DNA of 54,341 bases from Olleya sp. (GCA_023300575.1 JALZUT010000081.1:1-54341), one strand, 5' to 3'; counted from the first letter of the stretch, positions 9,770 through 20,508 are shown. Notes: generated by a model not told the origin, from the letters alone. Program-made: numbers and translations.

Positions 9770-9956
9770 TTATTAATTGGAATATTTTGATAAGTTTCTT
9801 ATGTTTTTAAATAAAAAAGCATCAAAAAATTAACGTATTACAGAGTAAGCGAAAGTAAAGAAATTGTTAACTAAATTAGAAAAACAAAGTTACTCAATCT
9901 TAACAGGTAATAAACATTTTAATTGTTAATAACTCAGTTTTTTTGTTGATAAGCAT

Positions 9957-9988
9957 AAAAAAATCTGAAGTAAAAACTTCAGATTTTT
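9957..9988 (-). terminator. Terminator downstream of accA
   Basis: AAAAATCTGAAGT-AAAA-ACTTCAGATTTTT. Confidence 0.85.
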
Positions 9989-10011
9989 GTTAGCAAATGG
10001 TTTTATAACTC

Positions 10012-10965
10012 TTAGCCTTTATACACACCTATTGATGCATATTTTTCTATTCTTTGATTTACTAAATCTTTTGGTGATAAGTTTTTAAACTCTTCATAAG
10101 AAGCAACAATCTTATCGCTAACTGTTTTAAAAGTTGTTTCGCGATCAGTATGTGCACCACCTAATGGTTCTTTAACAATCTCATCAACAATTTTCATTTT
10201 TTTCATATCTGTAGCAGTTAACTTTAATGCATCTGCTGCTTGTTCTTTAAACTCCCAACTTCTCCATAAAATAGAAGAACAAGATTCTGGAGAGATTACA
10301 GAATACCATGTATTTTCTAGCATTAGTATCTTATCTCCTACACCAATACCTAAAGCACCTCCAGAAGCACCTTCACCTATTACAATAGTAATGATTGGTA
10401 CTTTTAAACGTGTCATTTCTAGGATATTTCTTGCAATAGCCTCACCTTGTCCACGTTCTTCGGCTTCTAAACCTGGATATGCACCTGGTGTATCTAAAAG
10501 TGTTACAACAGGAATACCAAATTTTTCTGCAGATTTCATTAAACGTAAAGCTTTACGGTATCCTTCTGGATTTGCCATACCAAAATTACGGTATTGCCTA
10601 GTCTTAGTATTATATCCTTTTTGTTGTCCAATAAACATAAAACTTTGATCTCCAATTTTACCTAAACCACCAATCATAGCTTTATCATCTTTAAAACTTC
10701 TGTCTCCATGAAGTTCTAAAAAAGTATCACCACAAATTGCGTTTATATAGTCTAGTGTATAAGGTCTGTTAGGATGACGTGATAATTGCACACGCTGCCA
10801 TGCAGTTAAGTTTTTATAAATATCTTTTTTAGTAGTTATAAGTTTCTTTTGTATTTGCGTGCATGTTTCAGTTACATCAACATCACTTTCTTCACCAATT
10901 ATTTGACACTTTTCTAGTTGCTCTTCTAGCTCTTTAATAGGTAATTCAAATTCTAAATATTCCAT
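10012..10965 (-). CDS. accA: Acetyl-CoA carboxylase carboxyltransferase alpha subunit
   Basis: [30 protein letters not shown]. Confidence 0.97.
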   Translation of the reverse strand: MEYLEFELPIKELEEQLEKCQIIGEESDVDVTETCTQIQKKLITTKKDIYKNLTAWQRVQLSRHPNRPYTLDYINAICGDTFLELHGDRSFKDDKAMIGGLGKIGDQSFMFIGQQKGYNTKTRQYRNFGMANPEGYRKALRLMKSAEKFGIPVVTLLDTPGAYPGLEAEERGQGEAIARNILEMTRLKVPIITIVIGEGASGGALGIGVGDKILMLENTWYSVISPESCSSILWRSWEFKEQAADALKLTATDMKKMKIVDEIVKEPLGGAHTDRETTFKTVSDKIVASYEEFKNLSPKDLVNQRIEKYASIGVYKG

Positions 10966-11074
10966 AGGGAATGATAGTTTTATTAGTTTGTTAGCTTACA
11001 AAATTACATTTTTTTTAGTTCATTTTTTATCAATATTATTAAAATGAACACTTTTTAACGTTAAAACTTGATAA

Positions 11075-11983
11075 TCAGTTAGTTTTATTGGTGTTTCTAG
11101 CTTTAATATTTTTCCAGTTTTTTAGTATTCCATTTAATAAAACCACTCCTAAAATTATGAAAGCACCTATATAAAAGTCTGTAGACATGGTTTCGGTCTC
11201 TGGAAACCAAATTAAAGCTAAAATAATTCCGTAAATAGGTTCTAAATTATAGGTTAATACAACAGTATATGGGTTTATAAAACGCATAACATAAACTGAT
11301 GCTATAAATGCATAAGCAGTACAAACGGAAGCTAATATAAAAAGCCATAACCAATCTGAAGCAGAAATATTAAAATGTGATACATTAAATCCTTCTCCAA
11401 AAAATAAGATGTAAACAGAAATAAATAGCACACCACTAATAAATTCATAAAACGAAATTTTTGTAGCAGAATGGGATTCTAAAAACTTACCGTTTAACAC
11501 TGCAAACAAGGAGGAGAGAAAAGCAGAAATAACACCCAAAATCATACCTGTGATGTATTTCATCTCACTTTGCACTATAAGATAAATTCCTAGTATAACG
11601 ACAAGTCCAAAAACAATCTCATAAGTTATAATCTTTCTTTTGTATATAATTGGCTCGATAAAAGAAGCAAAAAAAGCACCTGTAGAGAACATCGCTAATG
11701 CTATAGAAGCATTAGCAACTTGAATAGATCCAAAAAAAGTAATCCAATGCAGCGCAATAATAATACCTGCTATGGCTAACTTAAAAAATGCTTTTTTAGA
11801 TATTGAAATATCTATTTTGGCGATTTTAATGTAAACAAACATTAAAACAGTAGCTATTAACATTCTGTACCAAACAAGACTTACAGCATTTATGGTAATG
11901 AGTTTTCCTAAAATAGCAGTAAAACCAGCTATAAAAACTAGAACATGAAGGTGTAAGTAATTTTTAAGCTTATCGTTTAGCAT
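11075..11983 (-). CDS. DMT/EamA family transporter
   Basis: About 10 TM helices in two repeats, NLEPIYG. Confidence 0.85.
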   Translation of the reverse strand: MLNDKLKNYLHLHVLVFIAGFTAILGKLITINAVSLVWYRMLIATVLMFVYIKIAKIDISISKKAFFKLAIAGIIIALHWITFFGSIQVANASIALAMFSTGAFFASFIEPIIYKRKIITYEIVFGLVVILGIYLIVQSEMKYITGMILGVISAFLSSLFAVLNGKFLESHSATKISFYEFISGVLFISVYILFFGEGFNVSHFNISASDWLWLFILASVCTAYAFIASVYVMRFINPYTVVLTYNLEPIYGIILALIWFPETETMSTDFYIGAFIILGVVLLNGILKNWKNIKARNTNKTN

Positions 11984-13043
11984 AACGCAATAAGAAAATA
12001 GCTAGAATTCCAAATATAATATTAGGTAGCCAAACCGCTAATAATGGAGGAAAGGTTGACTGTGCTGCAAGTGTACCAAAAATCTTATCAAAAAAGACAA
12101 AGGTCATTGCTATAGTAATCCCTAAAGCTAAATTAATTCCCATACCTCCTCTTCTTTTTCTTGAAGAGACTGCAACTGCAATAATGGTTAATATAAATAC
12201 CGAAATTGGTAAACTCCATTTTTGGTATTTAGCCAATTTATAACGTCCAATATATTTAGAGCCTCGTTTCTCTTCGCGATCAATAAACTTAATTAACTCG
12301 TTATAAGGTAGTGTTTCTGCAATATAGTTTTCTGGTACTAAATCATCTAAATCAAACTCAAAAATAGTATCTTTTTTTCTTACAATAGTTAAGATGTCTT
12401 TGTTTTTACCAATAGTCCTTTTTAAATAATTACGCAAAACAAAAACCGAATCTTCCTCGATATATTTAATATTATCTGCGCTTAATTTATAAGTCATTTT
12501 ACCATTTTCAAAATGCTCTAATGTAAAATTAACTCCGTTTTTTCTTACTTGATCAAAGCTAGTAACGTAAATAATGTCATTATCATTTATTTGCTTTATT
12601 ATATTTTTATTCTGCCTGGCTTTTTTTACTGTAAGGTATTTATATTTAAAATCATTAAATCCTTTGCTTGCGTTTGGTGCTAAATACAAACCAAGTAAAA
12701 TTGACAACAGTGCTACAATTACACCTCCAATAATATAAGGTCTTAAAAAACGAGTAAAAGAGACACCTGAACTTAAAAAAGCGACAATCTCTGTATTATT
12801 AGCCAACTTTGAAGTAAACCAAATAACAGATAAAAATAAAAATAAAGGGAATAATAAATGTGCAAAGTAGATCGTAAAATTTAACAGGTATAACATCACC
12901 TCTCCAAAGGGTACATTGTTTTCTAAAATTCTTCCAATTTTCTCAGCTAAATGCACTGTTATACCTATTGGTATAAACAAGAGTAGCATTACTGAAAAAG
13001 TCAGTAAATAGCGTTTTAATATGTACCAATCTAGTATTTTCAT
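11970..13043 (-). CDS. LptF/LptG family LPS export permease
   Basis: ILDWYI, TEIVAFLSSGVS, 3 TM + periplasmic domain + 3 TM, AVWLPN. Confidence 0.9.
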   Translation of the reverse strand: MKILDWYILKRYLLTFSVMLLLFIPIGITVHLAEKIGRILENNVPFGEVMLYLLNFTIYFAHLLFPLFLFLSVIWFTSKLANNTEIVAFLSSGVSFTRFLRPYIIGGVIVALLSILLGLYLAPNASKGFNDFKYKYLTVKKARQNKNIIKQINDNDIIYVTSFDQVRKNGVNFTLEHFENGKMTYKLSADNIKYIEEDSVFVLRNYLKRTIGKNKDILTIVRKKDTIFEFDLDDLVPENYIAETLPYNELIKFIDREEKRGSKYIGRYKLAKYQKWSLPISVFILTIIAVAVSSRKRRGGMGINLALGITIAMTFVFFDKIFGTLAAQSTFPPLLAVWLPNIIFGILAIFLLRYAKR

Positions 13044-13088
13044 TCTCTTCCAACCTCTCCTAAGGAAATAGGTTTTAATGTCCTTTAA

Positions 13089-14219
13089 TTATAAGCGATT
13101 ATCCATTTGTTTAACCATCTTATCTTTCCATGGTCTAAAATCACCCACTAAGATATGTTTTCTTGCTTCCTTTACTAACCATAAATAGAATCCTAAATTA
13201 TGGATAGTTGCTATTTGCTTGCCTAGTAATTCATTTACAGTAAATAAATGACGTAGGTATGCTTTACTATATTCTGTATCTACATACGTAATACCCATTT
13301 CGTCTATTGGAGAAAAGTCGTCACGCCATTTTAAATTTTTGATATTAATAGAGCCATATGCTGTAAATAACATTCCGTTTCTAGCATTACGCGTTGGCAT
13401 TACACAGTCAAACATATCAACACCTAAAGCAATGTTTTCTAAAATATTTATTGGTGTACCAACACCCATCAAGTAACGTGGTTTATCTTCTGGTAAAATA
13501 GCTGTAACAATCTCTGTCATAGCGTAAAGTTCTTCTGCTGGCTCTCCAACAGATAGTCCACCAATTGCGTTACCTACTGCTCCAACACCTGCTATATATT
13601 CGGCAGATTGTTTTCTTAGATCTTTATAAGTACTTCCTTGAACTATAGGGAAAAACGCTTGAGAATAATCGTACTTTAAAGGTGTTTTTTCTAAATGAGT
13701 TATACAACGCTCTAACCAACGGTGTGTCATATGCATCGATCGTCTTGCGTAATTATAATCACATGGATAAGGAGTACACTCGTCAAAAGCCATAATAATA
13801 TCTGCTCCTATACTACGTTGGATTTCCATGACATTCTCTGGTGTAAACATATGGTAACTACCATCAATATGAGATTTAAACTTGACGCCTTCTTCTTTAA
13901 TTTTATTATTTGAAGACAAAGAATATACTTGATAACCACCAGAATCGGTTAAAATATTACGATCCCAGTTCATAAACTTATGCAAACCACCAGCTTTTTC
14001 AATAATATCAATCTGAGGTTTTAAATATAAATGATAAGTGTTTCCTAATATAATATCTGCATTTATATCCTCTTTTAATTCTCTTTGGTGTACGCCTTTT
14101 ACAGAAGCGACGGTACCAACAGGCATAAAAATAGGCGTTTCTATTACACCATGATCGGTTGTAATTACTCCTGCTCTTGCATTACTTTGTGTGTCTTTTG
14201 CTTTTAAATCGAAAGTCAT
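13089..14219 (-). CDS. tgt: tRNA-guanine transglycosylase
   Basis: TPIFMPVGT, GNTYHL, TDSGGYQ, DMFDCVMPTRNAR; start trimmed to ATG at 14219. Confidence 0.97.
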   Translation of the reverse strand: MTFDLKAKDTQSNARAGVITTDHGVIETPIFMPVGTVASVKGVHQRELKEDINADIILGNTYHLYLKPQIDIIEKAGGLHKFMNWDRNILTDSGGYQVYSLSSNNKIKEEGVKFKSHIDGSYHMFTPENVMEIQRSIGADIIMAFDECTPYPCDYNYARRSMHMTHRWLERCITHLEKTPLKYDYSQAFFPIVQGSTYKDLRKQSAEYIAGVGAVGNAIGGLSVGEPAEELYAMTEIVTAILPEDKPRYLMGVGTPINILENIALGVDMFDCVMPTRNARNGMLFTAYGSINIKNLKWRDDFSPIDEMGITYVDTEYSKAYLRHLFTVNELLGKQIATIHNLGFYLWLVKEARKHILVGDFRPWKDKMVKQMDNRL

Positions 14220-14432
14220 TATATCTCTTAAATCTTCAGCTAGCAAATATATATAAGAAATACACAAAGGGTCTTAAATAGTTCCTAAAATTGAAATTTT
14301 TGTTATTCTTATCCAATTTTTCTGTCAATTGTTAAGAAATCGTCCTATTTGGTTAATAACTGTAAAGTTTCAATTTTTGTAAGCCCTTTATAAAAAACTA
14401 CTTTTGGGGTAAATTAAACTAATCCATAAAAC

Positions 14433-15278
14433 ATGGCAAGCATACAACAATTAGAAGATTTAACCACTCAAGTACGTAGAGACATTTTACGTATGGTACA
14501 CAAAGTAAACTCCGGTCATCCAGGAGGATCCTTAGGTTGCGCAGAATTTTTTGTAGCACTTTACAATGACATTATGGATAGAAAAGATGGATTTGATATG
14601 GATGGTACAGGAGAAGATGTTTTTTTCTTATCAAATGGTCACATATCTCCAGTTTTTTACAGTGTTCTAGCCAGATCTGGTTATTTTCCTGTTGAAGAAT
14701 TAAACACCTTCAGAATAATCAATACTAGATTACAAGGTCACCCAACAACACATGAAGGCTTACCTGGTGTTAGAATTGCTTCTGGATCTTTAGGACAAGG
14801 ATTAAGCGTAGCTTTAGGTGCAGCACAAGCTAAAAAACTTAATGGATGTAATCATTTAATATATAGTTTGCATGGTGATGGTGAACTTCAAGAAGGTCAA
14901 AATTGGGAAGCTATTATGTATGCATCTGGTAATAAAGTAGATAATATTATTGCCACTATTGATTTAAATGGTCAGCAAATTGATGGTTCTACAGACGATG
15001 TTTTACCAATGGGTAGCATTAAAGGTAAATTTGAAGCTTTTGGCTGGACTGTTTTAGAAATTGAAAAAGGAAATAATATTGAAGCCATATTAAAAGGAAT
15101 GGCAGAAGCTAAAAGCCTAACCGGAAAAGGAAAACCTGTTTGTGTTTTACTTAAAACCGTAATGGGTAATGGTATAGATTTTATGATGCATACTCATGCT
15201 TGGCATGGTAAAGCACCAAATGACGAGCAACTTGCTATAGGACTTAAACAAAATGCTGAAACACTTGGAGATTATTAA
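14433..15278 (+). CDS. Transketolase, N-terminal (TPP-binding) subunit
   Basis: SGHPGGS, LQGHP, GSLGQG, GDGELQEG. Confidence 0.93.
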   Translation: MASIQQLEDLTTQVRRDILRMVHKVNSGHPGGSLGCAEFFVALYNDIMDRKDGFDMDGTGEDVFFLSNGHISPVFYSVLARSGYFPVEELNTFRIINTRLQGHPTTHEGLPGVRIASGSLGQGLSVALGAAQAKKLNGCNHLIYSLHGDGELQEGQNWEAIMYASGNKVDNIIATIDLNGQQIDGSTDDVLPMGSIKGKFEAFGWTVLEIEKGNNIEAILKGMAEAKSLTGKGKPVCVLLKTVMGNGIDFMMHTHAWHGKAPNDEQLAIGLKQNAETLGDY

Positions 15279-15323
15279 ATTTTAAGACTAATTAAACAGA
15301 TACCCACTTTTGTGGGCATTACT

Positions 15324-16277
15324 ATGAAAACATACGAAAATCAAGGAAATAAAGATACGCGCTCAGGTTTTGGAGCTGGATTAACAGAGTTAGGAAAAAA
15401 TAACGAAAATGTAGTTGCACTTTGTGCCGATTTGATTGGTTCTTTAAAAATGGATGATTTTAAAAAGAATCATCCAGAACGCTTTTTTCAAGTTGGTATT
15501 GCAGAAGCAAACATGATTGGACTTGCTGCAGGAATGACTATAGGTGGTAAAATCCCATTTACTGGTACATTTGCAAACTTCTCTACAGGTCGTGTTTATG
15601 ACCAAATTAGACAAAGTGTTGCTTACTCTGATAAAAATGTAAAAATCTGTGCTTCGCACGCTGGTTTAACTTTAGGTGAAGATGGTGCCACGCACCAAAT
15701 CCTTGAAGATATTGGATTAATGAAAATGCTACCTGGTATGGTCGTAATCAATCCATGTGACTACAACCAAACCAAAGCTGCTACTTTAGCTATAGCTGAG
15801 TATCATGGTCCTGTTTACTTGCGTTTTGGGCGTCCAAAAGTAGCTAATTTTACTTCAGAAAACCAAAAATTTGAAATCGGAAAAGCCTTACACCTTCAAG
15901 ATGGTAAAGATGTAACTATTGTTGCTACTGGACATTTAGTTTGGGAAGCTTTAGAAGCTGCTAAAACATTGAACGAGAAAGGTATTTCTGCAGAAGTTAT
16001 AAATATTCACACTATCAAACCTTTAGATGCTAAAGCAATTATAGATTCTGTTACCAAAACAAAATGTATAGTTACAGCAGAAGAGCATAACCATTTAGGT
16101 GGTTTAGGCGAAAGTGTTGCACGTGTATTATCGCAACATATACCAACACCTCAAGAGTTTGTAGCAACTAATGATACTTTTGGAGAGTCAGGTACACCAG
16201 CTCTACTAATGGAAAAATATGGTTTAAACGCAAACGCTATTGTAAAAGCTTCAGAAAAAGTAATAGCTAGAAAATAA
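15324..16277 (+). CDS. Transketolase, C-terminal subunit
   Basis: GIAEANM, GEDGATHQ, TIKPLD; ATG 15324 preferred over GTG 15312. Confidence 0.93.
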   Translation: MKTYENQGNKDTRSGFGAGLTELGKNNENVVALCADLIGSLKMDDFKKNHPERFFQVGIAEANMIGLAAGMTIGGKIPFTGTFANFSTGRVYDQIRQSVAYSDKNVKICASHAGLTLGEDGATHQILEDIGLMKMLPGMVVINPCDYNQTKAATLAIAEYHGPVYLRFGRPKVANFTSENQKFEIGKALHLQDGKDVTIVATGHLVWEALEAAKTLNEKGISAEVINIHTIKPLDAKAIIDSVTKTKCIVTAEEHNHLGGLGESVARVLSQHIPTPQEFVATNDTFGESGTPALLMEKYGLNANAIVKASEKVIARK

Positions 16278-16295
16278 CTTGCTTTTTAACATTTT

Positions 16296-16333
16296 AAAAG
16301 AGTCCTAAAACACTAAGTTTATGACTCTTTTTT
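16296..16333 (+). terminator. Terminator after transketolase genes
   Basis: AAAAGAGTC...GACTCTTTTTT imperfect hairpin with T tract. Confidence 0.75.
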
Positions 16334-16421
16334 GTTTTAAAACGCTTTAAAATCAGGTTATTAAAAATATTTAAGTATAATTTTCGTTAAGTTTAAAGCC
16401 TAATCAATAAAACGAATCATT

Positions 16422-17021
16422 ATGAAAATTTCAAAAAAAGTATTTTTATTAGTTACGTGTTTAACCTTAGCAGCCTCATCAGCAATTGCACAAAACGTAA
16501 GTGGTTTTGGTTTAAAAGGAGGTCTAAACTATAATGGTAATGGTAGCTATTTTCAATCTATTAACAACAATTATCAAAATCCTGATAGAAATATAGGCTA
16601 CCACGTAGGAGTATTTGGAAAACTTGGTGATAAACTATATTTAAAACCAGAACTAGTTTATACAGCTACAAAAAGTGAATATAACGCTGGTACTTTTGAT
16701 TTAAAAAAATTAGATGTGCCTTTATTGGTAGGTATTAAAGTTTTAGGACCTGTTAGTGTTTTTGGTGGACCTACTCTACAATATATATTAGACAGCGGGT
16801 TTGAGAACGCAAGTATTAATTCTATTGAAAACGATTTTTCGGTAGGTATAAACTTTGGTGTAGGTGTAAACTTTAATAAATTTGGTTTGGATCTTCGTTA
16901 TGAAAGAGGATTTAATAATAATGAAGCTACAATTATTACCAATAACATAACAACCTTAAACCCTAACCGATTAGACACAAGACCAGAACAGTTAATTTTA
17001 AGCTTATCTGTAATGCTTTAA
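16422..17021 (+). CDS. Outer-membrane beta-barrel (porin family) protein
   Basis: Signal peptide, FGLKGGLN, LKPELVY, DLRYERG amphipathic strands. Confidence 0.8.
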   Translation: MKISKKVFLLVTCLTLAASSAIAQNVSGFGLKGGLNYNGNGSYFQSINNNYQNPDRNIGYHVGVFGKLGDKLYLKPELVYTATKSEYNAGTFDLKKLDVPLLVGIKVLGPVSVFGGPTLQYILDSGFENASINSIENDFSVGINFGVGVNFNKFGLDLRYERGFNNNEATIITNNITTLNPNRLDTRPEQLILSLSVML

Positions 17022-17141
17022 AGTAAATGTAAATAATATTTTAAAAGCCATAATTACTAATAGTATAACAATAATGTTAATTTATTGAAAAAAATATACT
17101 TTTTTCTTATTAATTATTTGTTTTAAACAATTTAAAAATAT

Positions 17142-17978
17142 ATGAAACTTCTACTTATAATAATTAGTATTTTAACCTTAAGTTTTTTGATAAACACAAC
17201 TCCTTTTAAAGAAAAAATACAAAATAAAAAAGACTTTCAAGGAAAAGCATATTACGTATCTAAAGAAAAAATGGATTTAGGTCGTTGGGGAGACCGACTA
17301 ACCGAAGCACAAAAAAAAGATATAAAAGCACGATTAAAAAATAGACTTGAAAAAGTTTACACGCTAACTTTTAATAAGGAGGAATCTTTTTTTGAAGAGG
17401 AAGAAAAAATTGATGCATTGTCAGGCGCAACAGATTCTTGGGGAAAAAACTTTGCTGCAGGTAACCAATATAAAAATGTAAAGACTAATACACAGATTCA
17501 AAACCAAGAGTTTTACGGTAAACGCTTTTTGGTTAAAGATGAGTTACAAGCTATAAAGTGGAATATGGGTAGTGAAACTAAAAAAATAGGAAACTATGTA
17601 TGCTTTAAAGCAACTGCTTCTATACCAACTAGCGAGTTAGCTTGGTATTCCTTTTCATGGGACAGATTAAGAAACACTAATACAGATGAAAATGGTGAGG
17701 TTAACATACCTATGACAGAAGTTGAAGCTTGGTACACTACAAAAGTACCTGTAAGCCAAGGTCCATTGGAATATTGGGGATTACCAGGACTAATTTTAGA
17801 AGTAAGCACAGGAGATACAACAATGCTTTGCACTAAATTGATTTTGAATCCGGAAGAAAGAGTAGCCATCATTGCACCAAGTAAAGGTGAAGAAATTACT
17901 AAGAAAAAATATCAAGAAACTATAATCACTAAAATGAAAGATTTTAGAGAAAATAGAATGGGACGCAATAGAGGATAA
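17142..17978 (+). CDS. GLPGLI family protein
   Basis: AWYT...GP.EYWGLPGLILE signature. Confidence 0.92.
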   Translation: MKLLLIIISILTLSFLINTTPFKEKIQNKKDFQGKAYYVSKEKMDLGRWGDRLTEAQKKDIKARLKNRLEKVYTLTFNKEESFFEEEEKIDALSGATDSWGKNFAAGNQYKNVKTNTQIQNQEFYGKRFLVKDELQAIKWNMGSETKKIGNYVCFKATASIPTSELAWYSFSWDRLRNTNTDENGEVNIPMTEVEAWYTTKVPVSQGPLEYWGLPGLILEVSTGDTTMLCTKLILNPEERVAIIAPSKGEEITKKKYQETIITKMKDFRENRMGRNRG

Positions 17979-17991
17979 TATTAATTTCAAT

Positions 17992-18034
17992 AAATAAAAA
18001 AAGCCTATTTAAATTAAATAGGCTTTTTTTATTT
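17992..18034. terminator. Bidirectional terminator
   Basis: AAATAAAAAAAGCCTATTTAA-A-TTAAATAGGCTTTTTTTATTT between convergent genes. Confidence 0.9.
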
Positions 18035-18048
18035 GTATGTATCATACT

Positions 18049-19047
18049 TTAATTAGACTCATTAGAGTCTGCATCTAAATAATTAGGTATCCCGTCGCCA
18101 TCAGTATCATCATTTGTAGGATCTCCATCTCCATTTTTATCATTAGTTGGGTCTCCATCACCATCGCTATCAAAATTTAAATCTGTATCTTCTAAATCTT
18201 CATCTCTGGTTAAAACACCATCATTGTCATCATCATTATCAATAAAATTACCAATACCGTCACCATCAGTGTCGTCATCATTACCATCTCCATTATCATT
18301 CAAATCTTCAATAAAAGAGGCTACATTATCACCATCAAAATCTGTATCAAGTCTAGTAATTAAATTTATTCTAAAGATTAATGGAGAATAAGCAGGAATA
18401 CCTATTTGAGCATTAGAGAAAAAACCAATACCTGAAGGAATAAAAGTAGCTCCTATACCATGATTATGATTAGTAATTGTACCATCACCATTCTCTGTAA
18501 AGCCATCACGTGTTTTAAACTCTATTATTGCTTCTTTAAACCCTATAACGACACCTGCTATTAATATACCATCTGATGTTAATGGAAATGCTATTGGTGT
18601 TACTAGATTTGAATCAAAAACTGAACCATCTAAAAGCGTTCCTTCATATATAACTGCAGCAGCATCTAATGGATCAACAACATCACCTAAACCTTCACGT
18701 AAATTTAAATAATATAAGGTATAGTCTATTCCATTATCTGTAACAATTTTACTTGTAAGTTCTGGTCTATTTATTAATGGAATAGCGTCTAAATTATTAT
18801 TATCTTCATTTATAGCCTCAAAAACAATTTCAAAAGTGTCATTTGCTAAAGAATATAGATTGTTAAAATCAAATTCATCGTAATTGTAGGTATGTGTTTG
18901 TAAATACTCTTCAATTTCTGCTAGGTCCTCTGCAAATACTTCTGCTCTATCTCTTTCAACAAAAGGAGTAATATCATCATCACTACTACAAGCTAAAATT
19001 ATTATAAAAAGAGATAAAAGGACAAATGGTAATTTTGTTATTTTCAT
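18049..19047 (-). CDS. FKBP-type PPIase lipoprotein with Asp-rich C-terminal repeats
   Basis: Lipobox ILAC; YEGTLLDGSVFDS, FIPSGIGF, IPAYSPLIF; DxDGDG repeats. Confidence 0.85.
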   Translation of the reverse strand: MKITKLPFVLLSLFIIILACSSDDDITPFVERDRAEVFAEDLAEIEEYLQTHTYNYDEFDFNNLYSLANDTFEIVFEAINEDNNNLDAIPLINRPELTSKIVTDNGIDYTLYYLNLREGLGDVVDPLDAAAVIYEGTLLDGSVFDSNLVTPIAFPLTSDGILIAGVVIGFKEAIIEFKTRDGFTENGDGTITNHNHGIGATFIPSGIGFFSNAQIGIPAYSPLIFRINLITRLDTDFDGDNVASFIEDLNDNGDGNDDDTDGDGIGNFIDNDDDNDGVLTRDEDLEDTDLNFDSDGDGDPTNDKNGDGDPTNDDTDGDGIPNYLDADSNESN

Positions 19048-19127
19048 TATTCTTATTTTTGAAGTGGCAATTTACGTTTTAATATAATTTTGTACAATAA
19101 CATTAACGCTAATTTTAGATAATTTGT

Positions 19128-19502
19128 ATGCGAATAGATAAATATTTATGGTGTGTTAGATATTATAAAACTAGAAACATAGCTACAACTGCATGTAAAA
19201 AAGGACAAATCAAGATTAATGATGCTGTTGTTAAACCTAGTAGAGAGGTTTATCCAACCGATAAAATAGAACTTAGAAAAAATCAAATACACTATCAATT
19301 AACAGTTTTAGACATACCACCAAATAGAATTGGTGCTAAACTTGTAGATATTTATCGTGTTGATAATACACCTAAATCTGCTTTTGAGGCACAAGAATTA
19401 CTTAAATTAGCCAAAGATTACTATCGTAAAAAAGGAGTTGGTCGTCCTACCAAAAAAGACCGAAGAGATTTAGACAATATATACATTGATAGCGAAGAAT
19501 AA
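19128..19502 (+). CDS. hslR: S4-domain RNA-binding protein (Hsp15 family)
   Basis: MRIDKYLW...KTR, GRPTKKDRR. Confidence 0.85.
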   Translation: MRIDKYLWCVRYYKTRNIATTACKKGQIKINDAVVKPSREVYPTDKIELRKNQIHYQLTVLDIPPNRIGAKLVDIYRVDNTPKSAFEAQELLKLAKDYYRKKGVGRPTKKDRRDLDNIYIDSEE

Positions 19503-19505
19503 AAT

Positions 19506-20009
19506 ATGAAAACAATTGACAACACTATATTAAACGCTGAAGCCATTAATAATAAATTAAGGAGGATAGCGTATCAAATCTATGAAGCAAATAGCTCTGA
19601 AAAAGAAGTTGTTCTAGCAGGAATTGATGCTAATGGTTACATATTGGCAAAAAAACTAAAAACTATTCTATCAAAAATAGCTCCGATTTCTCCAAGACTG
19701 TGTAAAGTTATAATAGATAAGAAAAACCCAAGATCACCAATTTCTACTTCTATTAAAGTTGAAGATTATCAAAACAAATCGGTAATATTAATAGATGATG
19801 TTTTAAATTCTGGAACCACCCTAATTTACGGTGTTAAGCACTTTTTAGATGTACCTCTTAAACAATTTAAAACTGCCGTTTTGGTTAACAGAAATCATAA
19901 AAAATTTCCTGTAAAAGCAGATTTTAAGGGTATCTCATTATCTACGTCCTTGAATGAACACGTAGTAGTTGATTTAGATACTAAAAATTGGATTGCTTAT
20001 TTAAAGTAA
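19506..20009 (+). CDS. Phosphoribosyltransferase-domain protein (PyrR-like)
   Basis: VILIDDVLNSGTT PRPP loop; RRIAYQI; LVNRNH..FPVKADF. Confidence 0.85.
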   Translation: MKTIDNTILNAEAINNKLRRIAYQIYEANSSEKEVVLAGIDANGYILAKKLKTILSKIAPISPRLCKVIIDKKNPRSPISTSIKVEDYQNKSVILIDDVLNSGTTLIYGVKHFLDVPLKQFKTAVLVNRNHKKFPVKADFKGISLSTSLNEHVVVDLDTKNWIAYLK

Positions 20010-20508
20010 ATAAAATACTATCTATTGTTTTATCTATCTCATTAGCTTCAACCACTATTTTTGCTTTATTATAAAAGAAAGAACGTTCAAATAAATGTTT
20101 AGCTATAAATTCTTTTAAATCTACTTTAGTCTTTAAATGACTAATAAGTGGTCTTGATGTATCTTTAAAAAGTCTATTAGTTAAAATATCTAAATTGGTT
20201 TTTAAATAAATAGTTTTTATTTCATAAATTAAATTCAAAAAGTCCATTGTATCATAAAAGCAAGGTGTACCACCTCCTAGAGCAATTATAGTCTTTTCAT
20301 GTTTTGAAATAATTTGTTTTAAATACTTTTGTTCTAATTTCCTAAAATAAATTTCGCCTTTAGTTTTAAAAATCTCTTGTACAGTTAATTGTTCATTATC
20401 TACAATATAATGATCCAAATCAATAAAATTATATTCTAAAATTTTTGATAGCTTTAAGCCAATTGTTGACTTTCCGGAACCCATATATCCAACTAAAACT
20501 AAATTCAT
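19981..20508 (-). CDS. aroK: Shikimate kinase
   Basis: GYMGSGKST, DLD, GEIYFR, LGGG, RPL. Confidence 0.93.
   Translation of the reverse strand: MNLVLVGYMGSGKSTIGLKLSKILEYNFIDLDHYIVDNEQLTVQEIFKTKGEIYFRKLEQKYLKQIISKHEKTIIALGGGTPCFYDTMDFLNLIYEIKTIYLKTNLDILTNRLFKDTSRPLISHLKTKVDLKEFIAKHLFERSFFYNKAKIVVEANEIDKTIDSILFTLNKQSNF

Noticed and set aside
14433-16277. Transketolase in two ORFs as a possible frameshifted pseudogene
   Set aside because: Both halves have intact motifs and their own starts; two-subunit transketolases are a normal arrangement.
19981-20009. 29-bp 3' overlap of aroK and the phosphoribosyltransferase gene
   Set aside because: Short convergent overlaps are common; no further signal.
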